In this document: positions 1 to 12,252 of the stretch, piece after piece
How the letters are laid out: each line of letters opens with the position of its first letter
How positions within the stretch are numbered: position 1 is the first letter of the stretch
Assembly: GCF_004010195.1 (NCBI RefSeq)
Contig: NC_057720.1
Span: forward strand, 7,677,117-7,741,116
Reading direction: 5' to 3'
DNA: 64,000 nucleotides
Origin: Chiloscyllium plagiosum
Lineage: Eukaryota
Program-made: the position numbers and the translations under genes
The notes under the pieces: generated by a model
Database searches by the model: none
What the model was told of the DNA's origin: nothing
What the model saw: the letters and a program-made list of their open reading frames with translations, nothing else

Positions 1-149
1 AGATGTTTCCTTGAAGGACGCACCAAAGATCACCAGTGAAATAAGTCTCCCCGACGCGCTCCCCAGTGCATTCTCCATGGCAACAACTCCACCTGAGTCA
101 GGTGCCAACTAATCATCACCATTATGTCTTGAAGTATAAATTGTTTTCT

Positions 150-215
150 TCTTGAGTTTTGGTATTCTTGCATATGTCCTGATGAGTATAAGTCAAAAAC
201 AAATTACGTCAATAT
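150..215 (+). mobile_element. Decayed PLE-type terminal repeat with hammerhead remnant (same family as 17135-17200)
   Basis: TTCTTGCATATGTCCTGATGAGTATAAGTCAAAAAC resembles TTCTTGCATCCTAGTTCTGATGAGTGCAAGACATAAAGCTTC at ~17138; CTGATGA core retained. Confidence 0.45.
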
Positions 216-1157
216 GTCTCTCTTCTAAATAATATTAAGATTCTGTACATAAAACAATTCGTTACGCAAAAACCATTTAGCATTAAAAAAAACTTCTTGA
301 TTTTTCTCTTGAGTTACTTGGAGCAGGAGCAAAAAGTAAAATCTTCATTTCTTGAAGACTCCAGGGTGGCAGCTCGAGTCCAGGGTCATCTATGTTAGGC
401 CTGCCCTAGCATATATGTTTCCTCAGTAGATTTAAGACGACTTGTCCAGAGGAGATTTGAGAAATAACGTAATTTGAATGTTCCAGTCCAATTAGCCATA
501 CAGTGTTTCTGTAAGTGTTGAATTTTTGATGTGATCACTGACAGGTCATGGAGACAGAATGGGTATGTAGATACAAAAATCAATGCAAAAATGATACTAC
601 CAAACCTCCTACTTGGAGAATATCGCATTGCTCGTCTTTGAAGCAGTTCTGAAGCAGAATGCGGACCAACAAGTTAAAAAAAATGCTTCGGGAAGACAGA
701 ATCAAATGAAAATCAAAACACCATGGTTTCAAGAAGGGACGGAAAATTAGACCAACTAATTCCAGCTGAGTACTGCACAAGGCAGCCACTTTAATCAGGT
801 GCACGTGCAGTTCATTTGTTCAACATGACTTTCAACGTAAGCACCCCGTGGAGTCAGCAGAATAGGACCACCAGGGGCACGTGGATTTGAGGTTAAAAAC
901 CAAACCCAGTATGCACTTAGGATTGCAATTACTTGGCTCAGCTGAATGGTATAAATGACAAAAGGCACAGTCAACTCATCTAGTTTGTTCCATTACTAAT
1001 ATAGATCTTGGATCTTTGTTGAACTCTTTAAGGGTGCCGGCAAGGCTGTGTCTAATGATCCATCTGAGAAACCAGAGAAAGAAGAAAAAGACAGATGGAA
1101 AATGTCTTGCATTTGTATATCACCTTCTCTGAACTCAGGATTCCCACTGATTACTTA

Positions 1158-1480
1158 AGAGTCATACAGCAAAGTAAAGGCCCTTCGACCCATCAAATCT
1201 ACACCAAACATAGCTATCACTAAAGACTCAATAATTCCAATTTCCTGCACTTGTCCCATATCCTTGAACGTTATGATATATCAAGTGCTCATCCATATTT
1301 GTTTTTAAAGGTTGTAAGGCTTCTGGCCTCCATTCCTTTCTGAGGCAGTGCATTCCAGTCTCAAATCCCTTCTGAATCCCCTGCCCCTTTACCCTAAACT
1401 ATGCCCCCTCATGACTGACCCCTCAACCAAGGGGAACAGCTGCTCCCTACTCACCCTGTCCACACCCCTCACAACCCAAT
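1158..1480 (-). mobile_element. CR1/HER1-like LINE 3' fragment
   Basis: Minus-strand similarity to CR1 C-terminus (VRGVDRVSREQLFPLVEGSVMRGHSL) and to the CR1 3' UTR seen elsewhere in the window. Confidence 0.75.
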
Positions 1481-1484
1481 ACAC

Positions 1485-1612
1485 TGGGAGAAAGTGATGG
1501 TGGAGAATCAGGGTTGAAGTGAGTGGCGCTGGAAAAGCACAGCAGGTCAGGCAGCATCCGAGAAGTAGCAGAATCGACGTTTCAGGCATAAGCCCTTTAT
1601 CATTCCTGATGT
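1485..1612. mobile_element. PLE-derived hammerhead element, family A (one arm plus start of inverted arm)
   Basis: GCTGGAAAAGCACAGCAGGTCAGGCAGCATCC...AATCGACGTTTCAGGCATAAGCCC, matching copies at 4468, 40584, 49977. Confidence 0.8.
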
Positions 1613-2129
1613 TGATGAACTGCGCGTGCTCTGCTGACTTCAGGAATCTATTAATACTTCCCTCAAGATCCTTCTGTTCCTCTGAGCTGCCCAGTGTCCA
1701 GACATTTATTAAATACTCTCTCATCTTCTTATATACTCCTTCATTATTGCAAAATCCTTGAATTCCCTCCTTAAGGGCATTATGTGTCAATGACAGTACA
1801 AAAAAGCAATTCACAATCACCTTCTCAAAGACAACTAGGGACAGGCAATAAATGCTGAACCAGTCAACAATACCCACGTCCCACAAGTGACAAAAACAAA
1901 TCTTGTTCATTTGGAAAGGAAGAATGTGAAGTGTTATGGGGACTAAGTGAATTGTTCATTTGGGGAGCAGGACCACACACATTGGCTGAATGGCCTCCTA
2001 TCTCCTTGGACTCCAAGCACAACTTCCCACAACTATCCTTGAGTGGCTATAATCCTACTCAATCATTCTTTTATTCCTGATATACCTATAGAAAGTTTTA
2101 AGGTTTTCCTTGATCCTACCTGCCAAAGT

Positions 2130-2445
2130 CTCATACATGCGATACTAATATATACATATATTTTACATACTAGGAGGGTCTGATAACTGAACGGACCCCT
2201 ATTTCCCTTCAGCAGAAAGACCTCAGACAGTGGCCTCACTCTACTGTGCCTTGGCGACACCTGCTTCAAACTTTAGTGTCTCCCTCAGTACGTACTCCTG
2301 GACCTGGAAATGTGCCAGGCTGCAACCCTTGGTCGGAGTCAACTCCTTGCTTTGGAAGATCAACAAGTTTCAGGCAGACCAAAGAGTGTCTTTCACTGAG
2401 TTGATGGTGCTCCAGGCACAGTTGATGTATGTCTCAGTGTCATGG
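2130..2445 (-). mobile_element. Tx1/L1-clade LINE 3' fragment (older copy)
   Basis: 2370-2440 aligns by eye with 2915-2990 (CAGACCAAAGAG..TCTTTCAC.GAGTTGATG..CTCCAGGC.CAGTTGATG..GTCTCAGTGT), the Tx1 C-terminal region. Confidence 0.7.
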
Positions 2446-2559
2446 AGCTGCTTGGGATGAACCTCAATAAAAAACCACTGCATCTTCCTTCAGACCTCTG
2501 TTGCAAAGGCCCATTCCAGAAGGAGATATGTGACTGTTTAAACTCCTCCACAGCCAATA

Positions 2560-3332
2560 CTACTTTTTTATTATTGCCAAAAATATACTTTATCCATAGA
2601 AAGAAATCTTTGGTACATGTATACTTAATGAAGCCATTCAGATCCATGCTGTCTTTACTTATAGAGAACAAATGAAGTCTTTGACGTTCACCATTCTCTG
2701 TATTTACAGTCAACCTACTGGCCTTTTGCTGAAGTCTCAGTGGGGCCCAATTACAGAATGGACTCCTGTTATTCTTTGGTAGACGGACCCCATCGTGCCT
2801 TGGTGGCAGCTGACCCAGGCTTCAACATGTCCCTCAGCACATAGTCCTGGACCTGGGAATGTATCAGTCTGCAACACTCGGTCAGGGTCAAATCCTTCAA
2901 CTGGAAGACTAACTAGTTTCGGGCAGACCAAAGAGCATCTTTCACCGAGTTGATGATCCTCCAGGCGCAGTTGATGTTCGTCTCAGTGTGCGTCCCAGGG
3001 AACAAACTGTAGAGCATGGAGACCCGTGTCACAGAGCTACTCGGGATGAGACTCGACAAACCCCACTGCATTCCTCTCCAGACTTCCTTTGCATAGGCAC
3101 ATTCCAGAAGGAGGTGTATGACAGTCTCGTTCACCCCCGCAGCCGCTTCAAGGGAAGTGTGCAGTGGCGCAGAGAGTTAGGGGTGCATAAAGATCTGACA
3201 GGTAGAGCCCTTCTCACCACCAACCACATGATGTCCTGGTGCTTGTTTGAAAGTTCTGGCGATGAAGTGTTCTGCCAAATGACTTTGACAGTCTGCCCAG
3301 GGAACTGCTCAACAGGATCTGCCCTTTCCTTT
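2560..3332 (-). mobile_element. Tx1/L1-clade LINE 3' part, zf-RVT-like domain and 3' tail
   Basis: ORF 2913-3134 ETVIHLLLECAYAKEVW...CAWRIINSVKDALWSARN is typical of the Tx1 C-terminal zinc-finger region; A-rich tail on the minus strand near 2560-2600. Confidence 0.85.
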
Positions 3333-4062
3333 TAGAGTCATAGAGTCACAGAGATGTACAGCATGGAAACAGACCCTTCAGTCCAACCTGTCCATGCTGA
3401 CCAGATATCCCAACCCAATCTAGTCCCACCTGCAAGCACCTGGCTCATATCCCTCCAAACTCTTCCTATTCATATACCCATCCAGATGTCTTTTAAATGT
3501 TGTAATTGTACCAGCCTCCATCACATCCTCTGGCAGCACATGCCATACACGTACTACCCTTTGTGTGAAAAAGTTGTCCCTTAGGTCTCTTTTATATCTT
3601 TCCCCTCTCACCCAAATGCCCTCTAGTTCTGGACTCCCACGCCCCAGGGAAAAGATGTTTATACTATCCATGCCCCTCATAATTTTATAAACCTTTATAA
3701 GGTCACCCCTCAGCCTCTGACACTCCAGGGAAAATAGCTCCAGCCATCTCAGCCTCTCCCTATAGCTCAAAAACCTCCAACCCTGGCAACGTCCTTGTAA
3801 ATCTTTTCTGAACCCTTTCATGTTTCACCACATCTTTCCTATAACATGGAGACCAGAATTGCACATAGTATTCCAAAAGTGGGCTAACCAATGCCCTGTT
3901 CTGGATTAGTGGTGCTGGAAGTGCACAGCAGTTCAGGCAGCATCCAAGGAGCAGGGAAATCGACGTTTCAGGCAAAAGCCCTTAACCAATGCCCTGTACA
4001 ACCGCAATATGATATTCCAGCTCCTATACTCAATGCACTGACCAATAAGGAAAGCAAACCAA
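3333..4062 (-). mobile_element. CR1/HER1-like LINE 3' fragment, interrupted by a PLE element at 3900-3982
   Basis: YYVQFWSPCYRKDVVKHERVQKRFTR and LRGDLIKVYKIMRG motifs; (GACTCTAT)n tail at 3333-3350. Confidence 0.92.
3900..3982. mobile_element. PLE-derived family A element with 15-bp TSD
   Basis: Direct repeat TAACCAATGCCCTGT at 3885-3899 and 3983-3997. Confidence 0.88.
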
Positions 4063-4317
4063 ACAATTCTGTGAGAGTCTTTGTCTTGAACACTATCTTG
4101 TGAACTTGGTGCTTGGTACCAGCTTCAACCCACCTGTAAGAGAACTCAGGATGAAATCACCCAGTGACCCTGCTATATCAACAACTCCAATAATCTGCAA
4201 TGCCCCTTCTCAACTAATATTGATCGCGATTCATTTTTAAGGTCTCAATTGGGTCTGAATCAATTTGTTTCTCTGGGAGTTTGTTCCACATGACCATTAT
4301 CCTGCGGTAAGGCATTT

Positions 4318-4888
4318 ATAGAGCCGTATGGTCGTACAGCACAGAAACAGATCCTTCGGTCCAACCAGTCCATGCCGACCATAATCTCAAACTAAACTAG
4401 TCCCACCTGCCTGCACTTGGCCTATATCCCACCAAACATTTCCTATTCCTTTACTTATCTAAATGTCTTCCAGGAGAAAGTGAGGACTGCAGATGCTGGC
4501 GATCAGAGCTGAAAATGTGTTACTGGAAAAACGCAGCAGGTCAGGCAGCATCCAAGGAGCAGGAGAATCGACGTTTCGGGTTCCTGAAGAAGGGGTCATG
4601 CCCGAAACGTCGATTCTCCTGCTCTTTGGATGCTGCCTGACCTGCTGCACTTATCTAAATGTCGTTTAAACATTGCAATTGTACTCGCAACCACCACTTC
4701 CTCTGGCAATTCATTCCATACATGAACTACTCTCTGTGTAACACATTTTTCCTCATGTCCTTTTTAAATCTCTCTCCTCTCACCTTAAAAAATGTCCCCG
4801 AGTCTTGAAATCTCCTGCCTTAGGGAAAAGACACCTCCCTTCACCTTATCTATGCCCCTCATGATTTTATAAACTTGTATAAGGTCAC
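4318..4888 (-). mobile_element. CR1 3' fragment (outer element; resumes at 8461-8650)
   Basis: DLIQVYKIMRGIDKVKG on the minus strand; continuation QDRLGLFSLERRRLRG at 8461-8540. Confidence 0.88.
4468..4648. mobile_element. Fold-back PLE-derived family A element with 15-bp TSD and hammerhead core
   Basis: TSD ACTTATCTAAATGTC at 4453-4467 and 4649-4663; inverted arms; CTGAAGA-A-GGGGTCATGCCC-GAAACGTC at 4584-4611. Confidence 0.9.
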
Positions 4889-4940
4889 AGTGCCAGAGAC
4901 CTGGGTTCAATTCCCACCTCAGGCAACTGTCTGTGCGGAG
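4885..4940 (+). mobile_element. HE1-like SINE internal fragment (B-box region)
   Basis: TCACAGTGCCAGAGACCTGGGTTCAATTCCCACCTCAGGCAACTGTCTGTGCGGAG matches full SINE copies such as 20897. Confidence 0.85.
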
Positions 4941-5082
4941 GAAGAGGTGGGGAGTGGTGCCAGTGTAATTACAGAAGATGGACTGCTCTACGTAGCCAAC
5001 AAAGAGACAGGCATAGCTGGGGCCCATACGGGTGCCCCTTTGGTCTGGAGGAAGTGGGAGGATTCGAAGGAGAAATTGTTAA
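4935..5082 (-). mobile_element. Penelope-like reverse transcriptase fragment
   Basis: Translation NNFSFESSHFLQTKG..TRMGPSYACLFVGYVEQSIFCNYTGTTPHLFLR matches the PLE RT region just before YxDD. Confidence 0.85.
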
Positions 5083-5083
5083 T

Positions 5084-5506
5084 TTCCCTGGTGCCAGGAT
5101 TAAGGATGTCTCAGAGAGGGTGCAGAATGTTCTCACGGGGTAGAGGGGCCAGTAGGAGGTCATTGTCCACATTGGAACCAATGACATAGGAAGGGAAAAG
5201 GTTGAGATTCTGAAGGGAGATTACAGAGAGTTAGGCAGAAATTTAAAAAGGAGGTCCTCAAGGGTAGTAATATCTGGATTACGCCCAGCACTACGAGCTA
5301 GTGAGGGCAGGAATAGGAGGATAGAGCAGATGAACGCATGGCTGAGGAGCTGGTATATGGGACAAGGATTCACCTTTTTGCATGATTAGAATCTCTTTTG
5401 GGGTAGAAGTGACCTGTACAAGAAGGATGGATTGCACCTAAATTGGAAGGGGACTAATATACTGGCAGGGAAATTTGCTAGAACTGCTTGGGAGGATTTA
5501 AACTAG
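5084..5506 (+). pseudogene. CR1 ORF1 remnant, SGNH/GDSL esterase-like domain (5'-truncated, disrupted)
   Basis: Manual translation FPGARIKDV...VIVHIGTNDIG...VVISG...DGLHLNWKGTNILAG contains the SGNH blocks GTND and DGLH; internal stops. Confidence 0.85.
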
Positions 5507-5616
5507 TAAGGTGGGGGGTGGGACACAGGAAGATAGTGAGGAAAGAGATCGATCTGAGACGGGTACAGCTGAGAACAGAAGTGAGTCAGTCAGAGCAGGC
5601 AGGGACAAGGTAAAAC

Positions 5617-8378
5617 TAATAAATTAAACTGCATTTATTTCAATGCAAGGGGCCTAACAGGGAAGGCAGATGAACTCTGGGCATGGTTAGGAACATGGGA
5701 CTGGGATATCATAGGAATTACGGAAACATGGATCAGGGATGGGCAGGACTGGTAGCTTAATGTTCCAGGATACAAATGCTACAGGAAGGATAGAAAGGGA
5801 GGCAAGAGAGGAGGGGGAGTGGCATTTTTGGTAAGGGATAGCATTACGGCTGTGCTGAGGGAGGATATTCCCGGAGATATTTCCAGGGAAGTGATTTGGG
5901 TGGAACTGAGAAATAAGAAAGGGATGATCACCATATTGGGATTGTATTATAGACCCCCCAATAGTCAGAGGGAAATTGAGAAACAAACTTGTAAGGAGAT
6001 CTCAGCTATCTGTAAGAATAATAGGGTAGTTACAGTAGGGGATTTTAACTTTCCAAATATCGACTGGGACTGCTATAGTGTTAAAGGTTTAGATGGAGAG
6101 GAATTTCTTAAGTGTGTACAAGACAATTTTCTGATTCAGTATGTGGATGTACCTACTAGAGAAGGTGCAAAACCTGACCTATTCTTGGGAAATAAAGCAG
6201 GGCAGGTGATTGAGGTGTTAGTGGGGGAGCACTTTGGGGCCAGCGACCATAATTCTATTAGATTTAAAATAATGATGGAAAAGGATAGACCAGACCTAAA
6301 AGTTGAAGTTCTAAATTGGAGAAAGGCCAATTTTGACAGTATTAGTCAAGAATTTTTGAAAGCTGATTGGAGGCAGACTTCACAGATAAAGGGATGGCTG
6401 GAAAATGGGAAGCCTTCAGAAATGAGATAACAAGAATCCAGAGAAAGTATATTCCTGTCAGGGTGAAAGGGAAGGCTAGTAGGTATTGGGAATGCTGGAT
6501 GACTAAAGAAATTGAGGGTTTGGTTAAGAAAAAGAAGGAAGCATGTGTTAGGTATAGACAGGATAGATCGAGTGAATCCTTAGATGAGTATCAAGGAAGT
6601 AGGAGTATACTTAAGAAGGAAATCAGGAGGGTAAAACGGGGACATGAGATAGCTTTGGCAAATAGAATTAAGGAGAATCCAAAAGGTTTTTACAAATATA
6701 TTAAGGACAAAAGGGTAACGAGGGAGAGAATAGGGCTCCTCAAAGATCAGCAAGGCAGCCTTTGCGTGGAGCCACAGAAAATGGGGGAGATACTAAATGA
6801 ATATTTTGCATCAGTATTTACTGTGGAAAAGAGTATGGAAGATATAGACTGAAGGGAAATAGATGGTGACATCTTGAAAAAAGGCCATATTACAGAGGAG
6901 AAAGTGCTGGATGCCTTGAAACGGTTAAAGGTGGATAAATTCCCAGGATCTGATCAGGTGTACCCGAGAACTCTGTGGGAAGCTAGAGAAGTGATTGCTG
7001 GGCCTCTTGCTGAGATAGTTGTATCATCGGTAGTCACAGGTGAGGTGCCGGAAGACTGGAGGTTGGCAAACATGGTGCCACTGTTTAAAAAGGGCGGTAA
7101 AGACAAGCCAGGGAACTATAGACCGGTCAGTGTGACCTCACTGGTGGGCAAGTTGTTGGAGGGAATCCTGAGGGACAGGATGTACATGTATTTGGAAAGG
7201 CAAGGACTAATTACGGATAGTCAACATGGCTTTGTGTGGGGGAAATCATGTCTTACAAACTTGATTAAGTTTTTTGAAGAAGTAACTAAGAAGATTGATG
7301 AGGGCAGAGCAGTAGATGTGATCTATATGGGCTTCAGTAAGGCGTTCGATAAGGTTCCCAATGGGAGACTGATTATCAAGGTTAGACCTCATGGAATACA
7401 GGGAGAACTAGCCATTTGGATACAGAACTGGCTCAAAGGTAGAAGACAGAGGGTGGGTGATGGAGAGTTGTTTTTCAGACAGGAGGCCTGTGACCATTGG
7501 AGTGCCACAAGGATTGGTGCTGGGCCCTCTACTTTTTGTCATTTACATAAATGATTTGGATGCGAGCATAAGAGGTACAGTTAGTAGGTTTGCAGATGAC
7601 ACCAAAATTGGAGGTGTAGTGGACAGCGAAGAGGGTTACCTCAGATTACAACAGGTTCTGGACCAGATGCGCCAATGGGCTGAGAAGTGGCAGATGGAGT
7701 TTAATTCAGATAAATGCGAGGTGCCACATTTTGAGAAAGCAAATCTTAGCAGGACTTATACACTTAATGGTAAGGTCCTAGGGAGTGTTGCTGAACAAAG
7801 AGACCTTGGAGTGCAGGTTCATAGCTCCTTGAAAGTGGAGTGGCAGGTAGATAGGATAGTGAAGAAGGCGTTTAGTATGCTTTCCTTTATTGGTGAGAGT
7901 ATTGAGTACAGGAGTTGGGAGGTCATGTTGCGGCTGTTCAGGACATTGGTTAGGCCACTGTTGGAATATTGTGTGCAATTCTGGTCTCCTTTCTATCGGA
8001 AAGATGTTGTGAAACTTGAAAGGGTTCAGAAAACATTTACAAGGATATTGCCAGGTTTGGAGGATTTGAGCTACAGGGAGAGGCTGAACAGGCTGGGGCT
8101 GAGGGGTGACCTTATAGAGGTTTACAAAATTATAAGGGGCATGGATATAGTAAATAGACAAAGTCTTTTCCCTGGGGTCAGGGAGTCCAGAACTAGAGGG
8201 CACAGGTTTAGGGTGAGAGGGGAAAGATATAAAAGAGAGAGTGGTACGTGTATGGAATGAGCTGCCAGAGGATGTGGTGGAGGCTGGTATAATTGCAACA
8301 TTTAAGAAGCATTTGGATGGGTGTATGAATAGGAAGGGTTTGAAGGGATATGGGCCGGGTGCTGGCAGGTGGGACTAG
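5617..8378 (+). pseudogene. CR1 ORF2 (APE endonuclease plus RT), broken by stops, frameshifts and deletions
   Basis: YFNARG, ITETW, GDFNFP, SDHN (APE); PGNYRPVS, QHGF, AFDKVP, GVPQG, FADD (RT); stops at ~5753 and 6850, frameshifts near 6375 and 7455. Confidence 0.95.
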
Positions 8379-8460
8379 ATTGGGTTGGGATATCTGGTCT
8401 GCATAGACACATTGGACCGAAGGGTCCGTATCCATGTTGTACATCTCTATGACTCTATGA

Positions 8461-8650
8461 CCTCTCAACCTCCTACGCTCCAGTGAAAAAAGTCCTAGCC
8501 TATCCTGATAACTCAAATCCTCCATTGCTGCCAACATCCTGATAAATCTTTTCTGAACCCTCTCCAGCTTAATAACATCCTTCCTATAACAGGGCGATCA
8601 GTACTCCAAAAGAGACCTGATCATTGTCGCACACAACTTCAACATGACTT
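8461..8650 (-). mobile_element. Continuation of the outer minus-strand CR1
   Basis: MLAAMEDLSYQDRLGLFSLERRRLRG joins the sequence that stops at 4888. Confidence 0.85.
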
Positions 8651-9009
8651 TCCAGGTGAAGTGTTGCTTTTACCATCCCCAACTTTGCCAATGTTAGAAT
8701 GCTCAATTCTATCAGCCCTGTGCCCCATTATAATAGTTAATACAGTTACTTGCATTAGGCTGCTCTCTACCTTTCCGAAATTAAAACAGTGACAAATCTT
8801 CAAGTTATTGGGTGTTATGCAACAGGGGGCATCCTGGGAGATAAAAGGCTCTACATAAATGCATGTCTGGCTTCCTTTCTTGATATGTTAAAGGTTTCCG
8901 CACGAGGCTGCTCAGCTCAAAATAAAAAAAAAGTAATCGAAAAACTCAGCAGGTCTGACAGCACCTGTGGAGTGAGAAACTGGGTTAATGTTTGGTACCT
9001 GATTTGGGT

Positions 9010-9285
9010 GATGTGGCGACTCAGTGGTTAGCTCTGCTAGTTTGCAGCACCAAGGACCTGGGGTGAATTCCAGCCTTGGGTGACAGTCTGTGTGGAGTTT
9101 GCACATCTCCCCCCCCCCCCGTGTCTGCTTGGATTTCCTCCCACAGAATGGCTATACTGAAGTGTCCAGGGATGTGCAAGCTAGGTGGGTTAGCCATGGG
9201 AAATGCAGGTGTATGAAGGTGGGTCTGGGTGAGATGCTCTTCGAAGGGTTGGTCTGGATATGAATGACCTGTTTTCACACTATAG
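9010..9285 (+). mobile_element. HE1-like tRNA-derived V-SINE (diverged)
   Basis: A-box ...CTCAGTGGTTAGC, TGTGGAGTTTGCACA core, CR1-like 3' end. Confidence 0.85.
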
Positions 9286-9589
9286 GCCTCCAGTTATGAA
9301 AAGTCATAATGGAGTCAATACCTTAACTCTGTTTCTCAACTCCAGAGATGCTGCCAGACTTATTAGGTTTCTCCAGCATGATCTGCTTTTATTACAAATT
9401 TCTAGAATCTGCAGTATTTGGGAGGTGTAGTTCAGTATTGGTTGTGTAACATTGAATGAGGCTGATGGTGTGGGCTCAGTTCCTTTACTGGACGTTGTAG
9501 TTCAGAGGTCTATGTCCTTGGCTTGCTCCAGAAATACGGAGTTGTGCTCCTCATGTTGTATTATTGCCTCTGCCGAGCGAGGGGTATTG

Positions 9590-10150
9590 TGTTGGAGAAT
9601 TGTGAGCAGTTTTGGTCCCCTTATTTAAGAAAAGATATCATTTCATTGCAGGCAGTTCAGAGGAGGTTCACTGGGATGATCCCCAATCTGAGGGGCTTGT
9701 TTTATGAACTAGAGCCAAACAGGTTAGGATTCTACTCACTGAAATTTCGAGGATTGAATTATACTGGATTCATCAGAGATGTGACAGGGTAAATGCTGAG
9801 AAGACTGTGCCCCTCATGGAAGAATCTAAGGCCAGAGGGCATAGGCCCAGAATAAAGGGGTGCCAATTTAAGACTGAGATGAGGAGGAATTTCTCCTTTC
9901 AGAGGGTTGAGAGTCTTTGAAACTCCTTGCTACAGAGAGTTATGGGTGGGTGGGGGGAGCAGAGTCTTTGTGTCTATTGAAGGCAGAGATAGACAGATTC
10001 TTGATCAAAAGGGGAATCAAGGGTTCTGGGGGAGTGGACAGGAACTTGGAAGGGAGCAGTGTTAGATTAGACATGATCATATTGAATGACATAGCAGGCT
10101 TGAGGGGCTGAATGGCCTACTCCTGTTGCTATTTCCTATGGTCTTTATGA
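9590..10150 (+). mobile_element. Diverged CR1 3' fragment
   Basis: LENCEQFWSPYLRKDIISLQAVQRRFTGMIP; CR1-type 3' UTR. Confidence 0.85.
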
Positions 10151-10224
10151 TGGGCCTTCATGGACCATAGCTAACAACACAATCTAAAGGATTTCCCATG
10201 GTTTTTTTATGAGCCAGTGAGATT

Positions 10225-10492
10225 GGAGGAGTATTGCACTGTGAACATCTTCCAGGAAAGACATTAAGCCGAGGTGCCACCTGGCCTTTGAGATGGATGC
10301 AAAAGAACCCATAGTGTGAAGGGAAGCATGTACTCCTTAATCAACATCATAAAAACAGATCACATTTTGTTTGTCAGAGATCGATATGTGCAATTGATTA
10401 CAATGTTTCCTCAATCACAATACTATTTAATGGGCTGTAGTGTACTTCAGGACATTGCAGGAGGTGCTATATAAATGCATGTCATTCTTTTT
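10225..10492 (+). mobile_element. Old DeuSINE-like element (related copies ~10715-11030 minus, ~32190-32400, ~63650-64000)
   Basis: GACATTAAGCCGAGG...GGATGCAAAAGAACCCAT resembles the Deu domain; tail GGTGCTATATAAATGCATGTCATTCTTT is L2-type. Confidence 0.55.
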
Positions 10493-11914
10493 CTCCCTGA
10501 TGCCTTGTCATATTACTGCTCCTGAATCATTTTAAGTCTGTGCCAACCTGTTCTTTAAAAAAAGAGAAGGTATTGAGGAATGGAGAAAATTGGTTTCCTT
10601 GTCAGCAGAATGATCATGTGTCAAATAATGGGTTGCCAAGCAGAGAAAAATCCCAGTCCTTGACAATAAATCCGCCCTATCAGATCAGATTAGCAGGGAA
10701 AGGGAAAGAGAAAGGCCTACATTTAGACAGTGCTTTTCACAGCATGAGCATGTCCCAAATTGCTTCAGAATCAACCAAGTACTTTTGAAGTGCAGTCACC
10801 ATTAGAATTCAGGAAACTCAATAGTCAGGTTCTGCACAGCAAGATCCCAATTATACCCAACTACATGGAGACGGCTGGATAATCTGTCCTGGTGATGGTG
10901 TTTGGGGAAATTAAATCCTGCAGGATGAAATCTTCAACAATGTGGGATCTTTTTACACACTTAGCTGAGAGAGCAGCCTGGGTTATTTGTATCTGGGGTG
11001 GATCTTGGACCCACAACCCCCTGACCTGGTGTTGACAGTGAACCGAGTTGGTTAGTTAACTAGCAGCAGTGCCCTTGACTAGTAATTACAACCCAGGCAT
11101 GCTGTGGCACATGTCAGGGACTTGGACCTAGACCTTCTAGCCTAGAGTAGGGACATTAGCACTGCACTATAAAATGTTAGCACCGTGGATAGTCTAGCTT
11201 TGTGACAGAATGGCCTATCTTGCCCTAACGACTGGATTTGCCTCAAATCTGCTCATGATGGGAGCATTATCTTGGAGCTAACCTGATCCTGAAAGCACCC
11301 TGATTGTAAGAAAGGTGAAAGGAATAGCACCAGTTCCACAGTCAATGAATGCAAGCTCCTGTGTGGTATCAGTGCAATGCAAAAGCCTATTCACTGACAA
11401 GCTAAAGAGAGAAATAAAACTGGTTAGAGCCAATAAGCCACTCCAGAGCTTAAGTAAGACTGAGTTCCAGTCCTGTGCAAACACCTTAACTCCACACTTC
11501 AGGAGTTAAGATACCAGAGCTTTAAAGCAAACAACATGTAGATTCACTAAGATGTCCTTCATTATTTATCTTTCCTCAAATGAAGTGAGATCTCACATGT
11601 TTTTTCACCTTTTCCCTATTAGAATAGACACAGAGGAAGTGTTTAAAATCATGCAAAGTATGGGATGGGGAAAGTTGAATTAGACGGTTTCCCACTGTTG
11701 CAAAGAACAGGGAAGAGGCACAAAATTACATTAAAATTATTTATAACATGTTGCAGGTGAAAATTCTTTAAACTGAGTTGCAAGAATTCATATCCAGGGT
11801 TAGCAGTTCAGGCAGAAAATAGGTCAACTTCCAAGTTTAGACTGGGAATAGGTTTAAGGCTTTCTGCGCAGTTCAATGGCTTTAGTGTTAGACTGGAATG
11901 AAAACCTAAATTAT

Positions 11915-12220
11915 TGGTTGCACTCAGCAGGTCTGGTATCCTCGGTGGTGAACAGAAACAGTTAATTAACAGAGAAGTCATATGAAGACGACAGGTTTGG
12001 AGCCAAAGTCATATTTTTAATTATAATGTTGACTGCGTTTGTCTCTCTCTCTCTCTCCCCCCCCCACCCCCCCACAACTGACACTGCCTGACCTGCTGGA
12101 CCATAACCTGATGTCATGTGACTTCTGACTTTGTCCATTTCTGTACAGAAGCAAAATTCTGGAAATCTGAAATAAAAATAGAAAATGCTGCAAGTACTCA
12201 GCAGGTCAGGCAGCATCAAT

Positions 12221-12252
<32 letters not shown>

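Larger units (their letters stand above)
5083..8460 (+). mobile_element. Near-full-length CR1/HER1-like LINE
   Basis: ORF1 and ORF2 remnants, 3' UTR and (CTCTATGA)n tail ending at ~8460. Confidence 0.95.

Noticed and set aside
5819..8260. Long ORFs as functional genes
   Set aside because: Pieces of one CR1 ORF2 broken by stops and frameshifts
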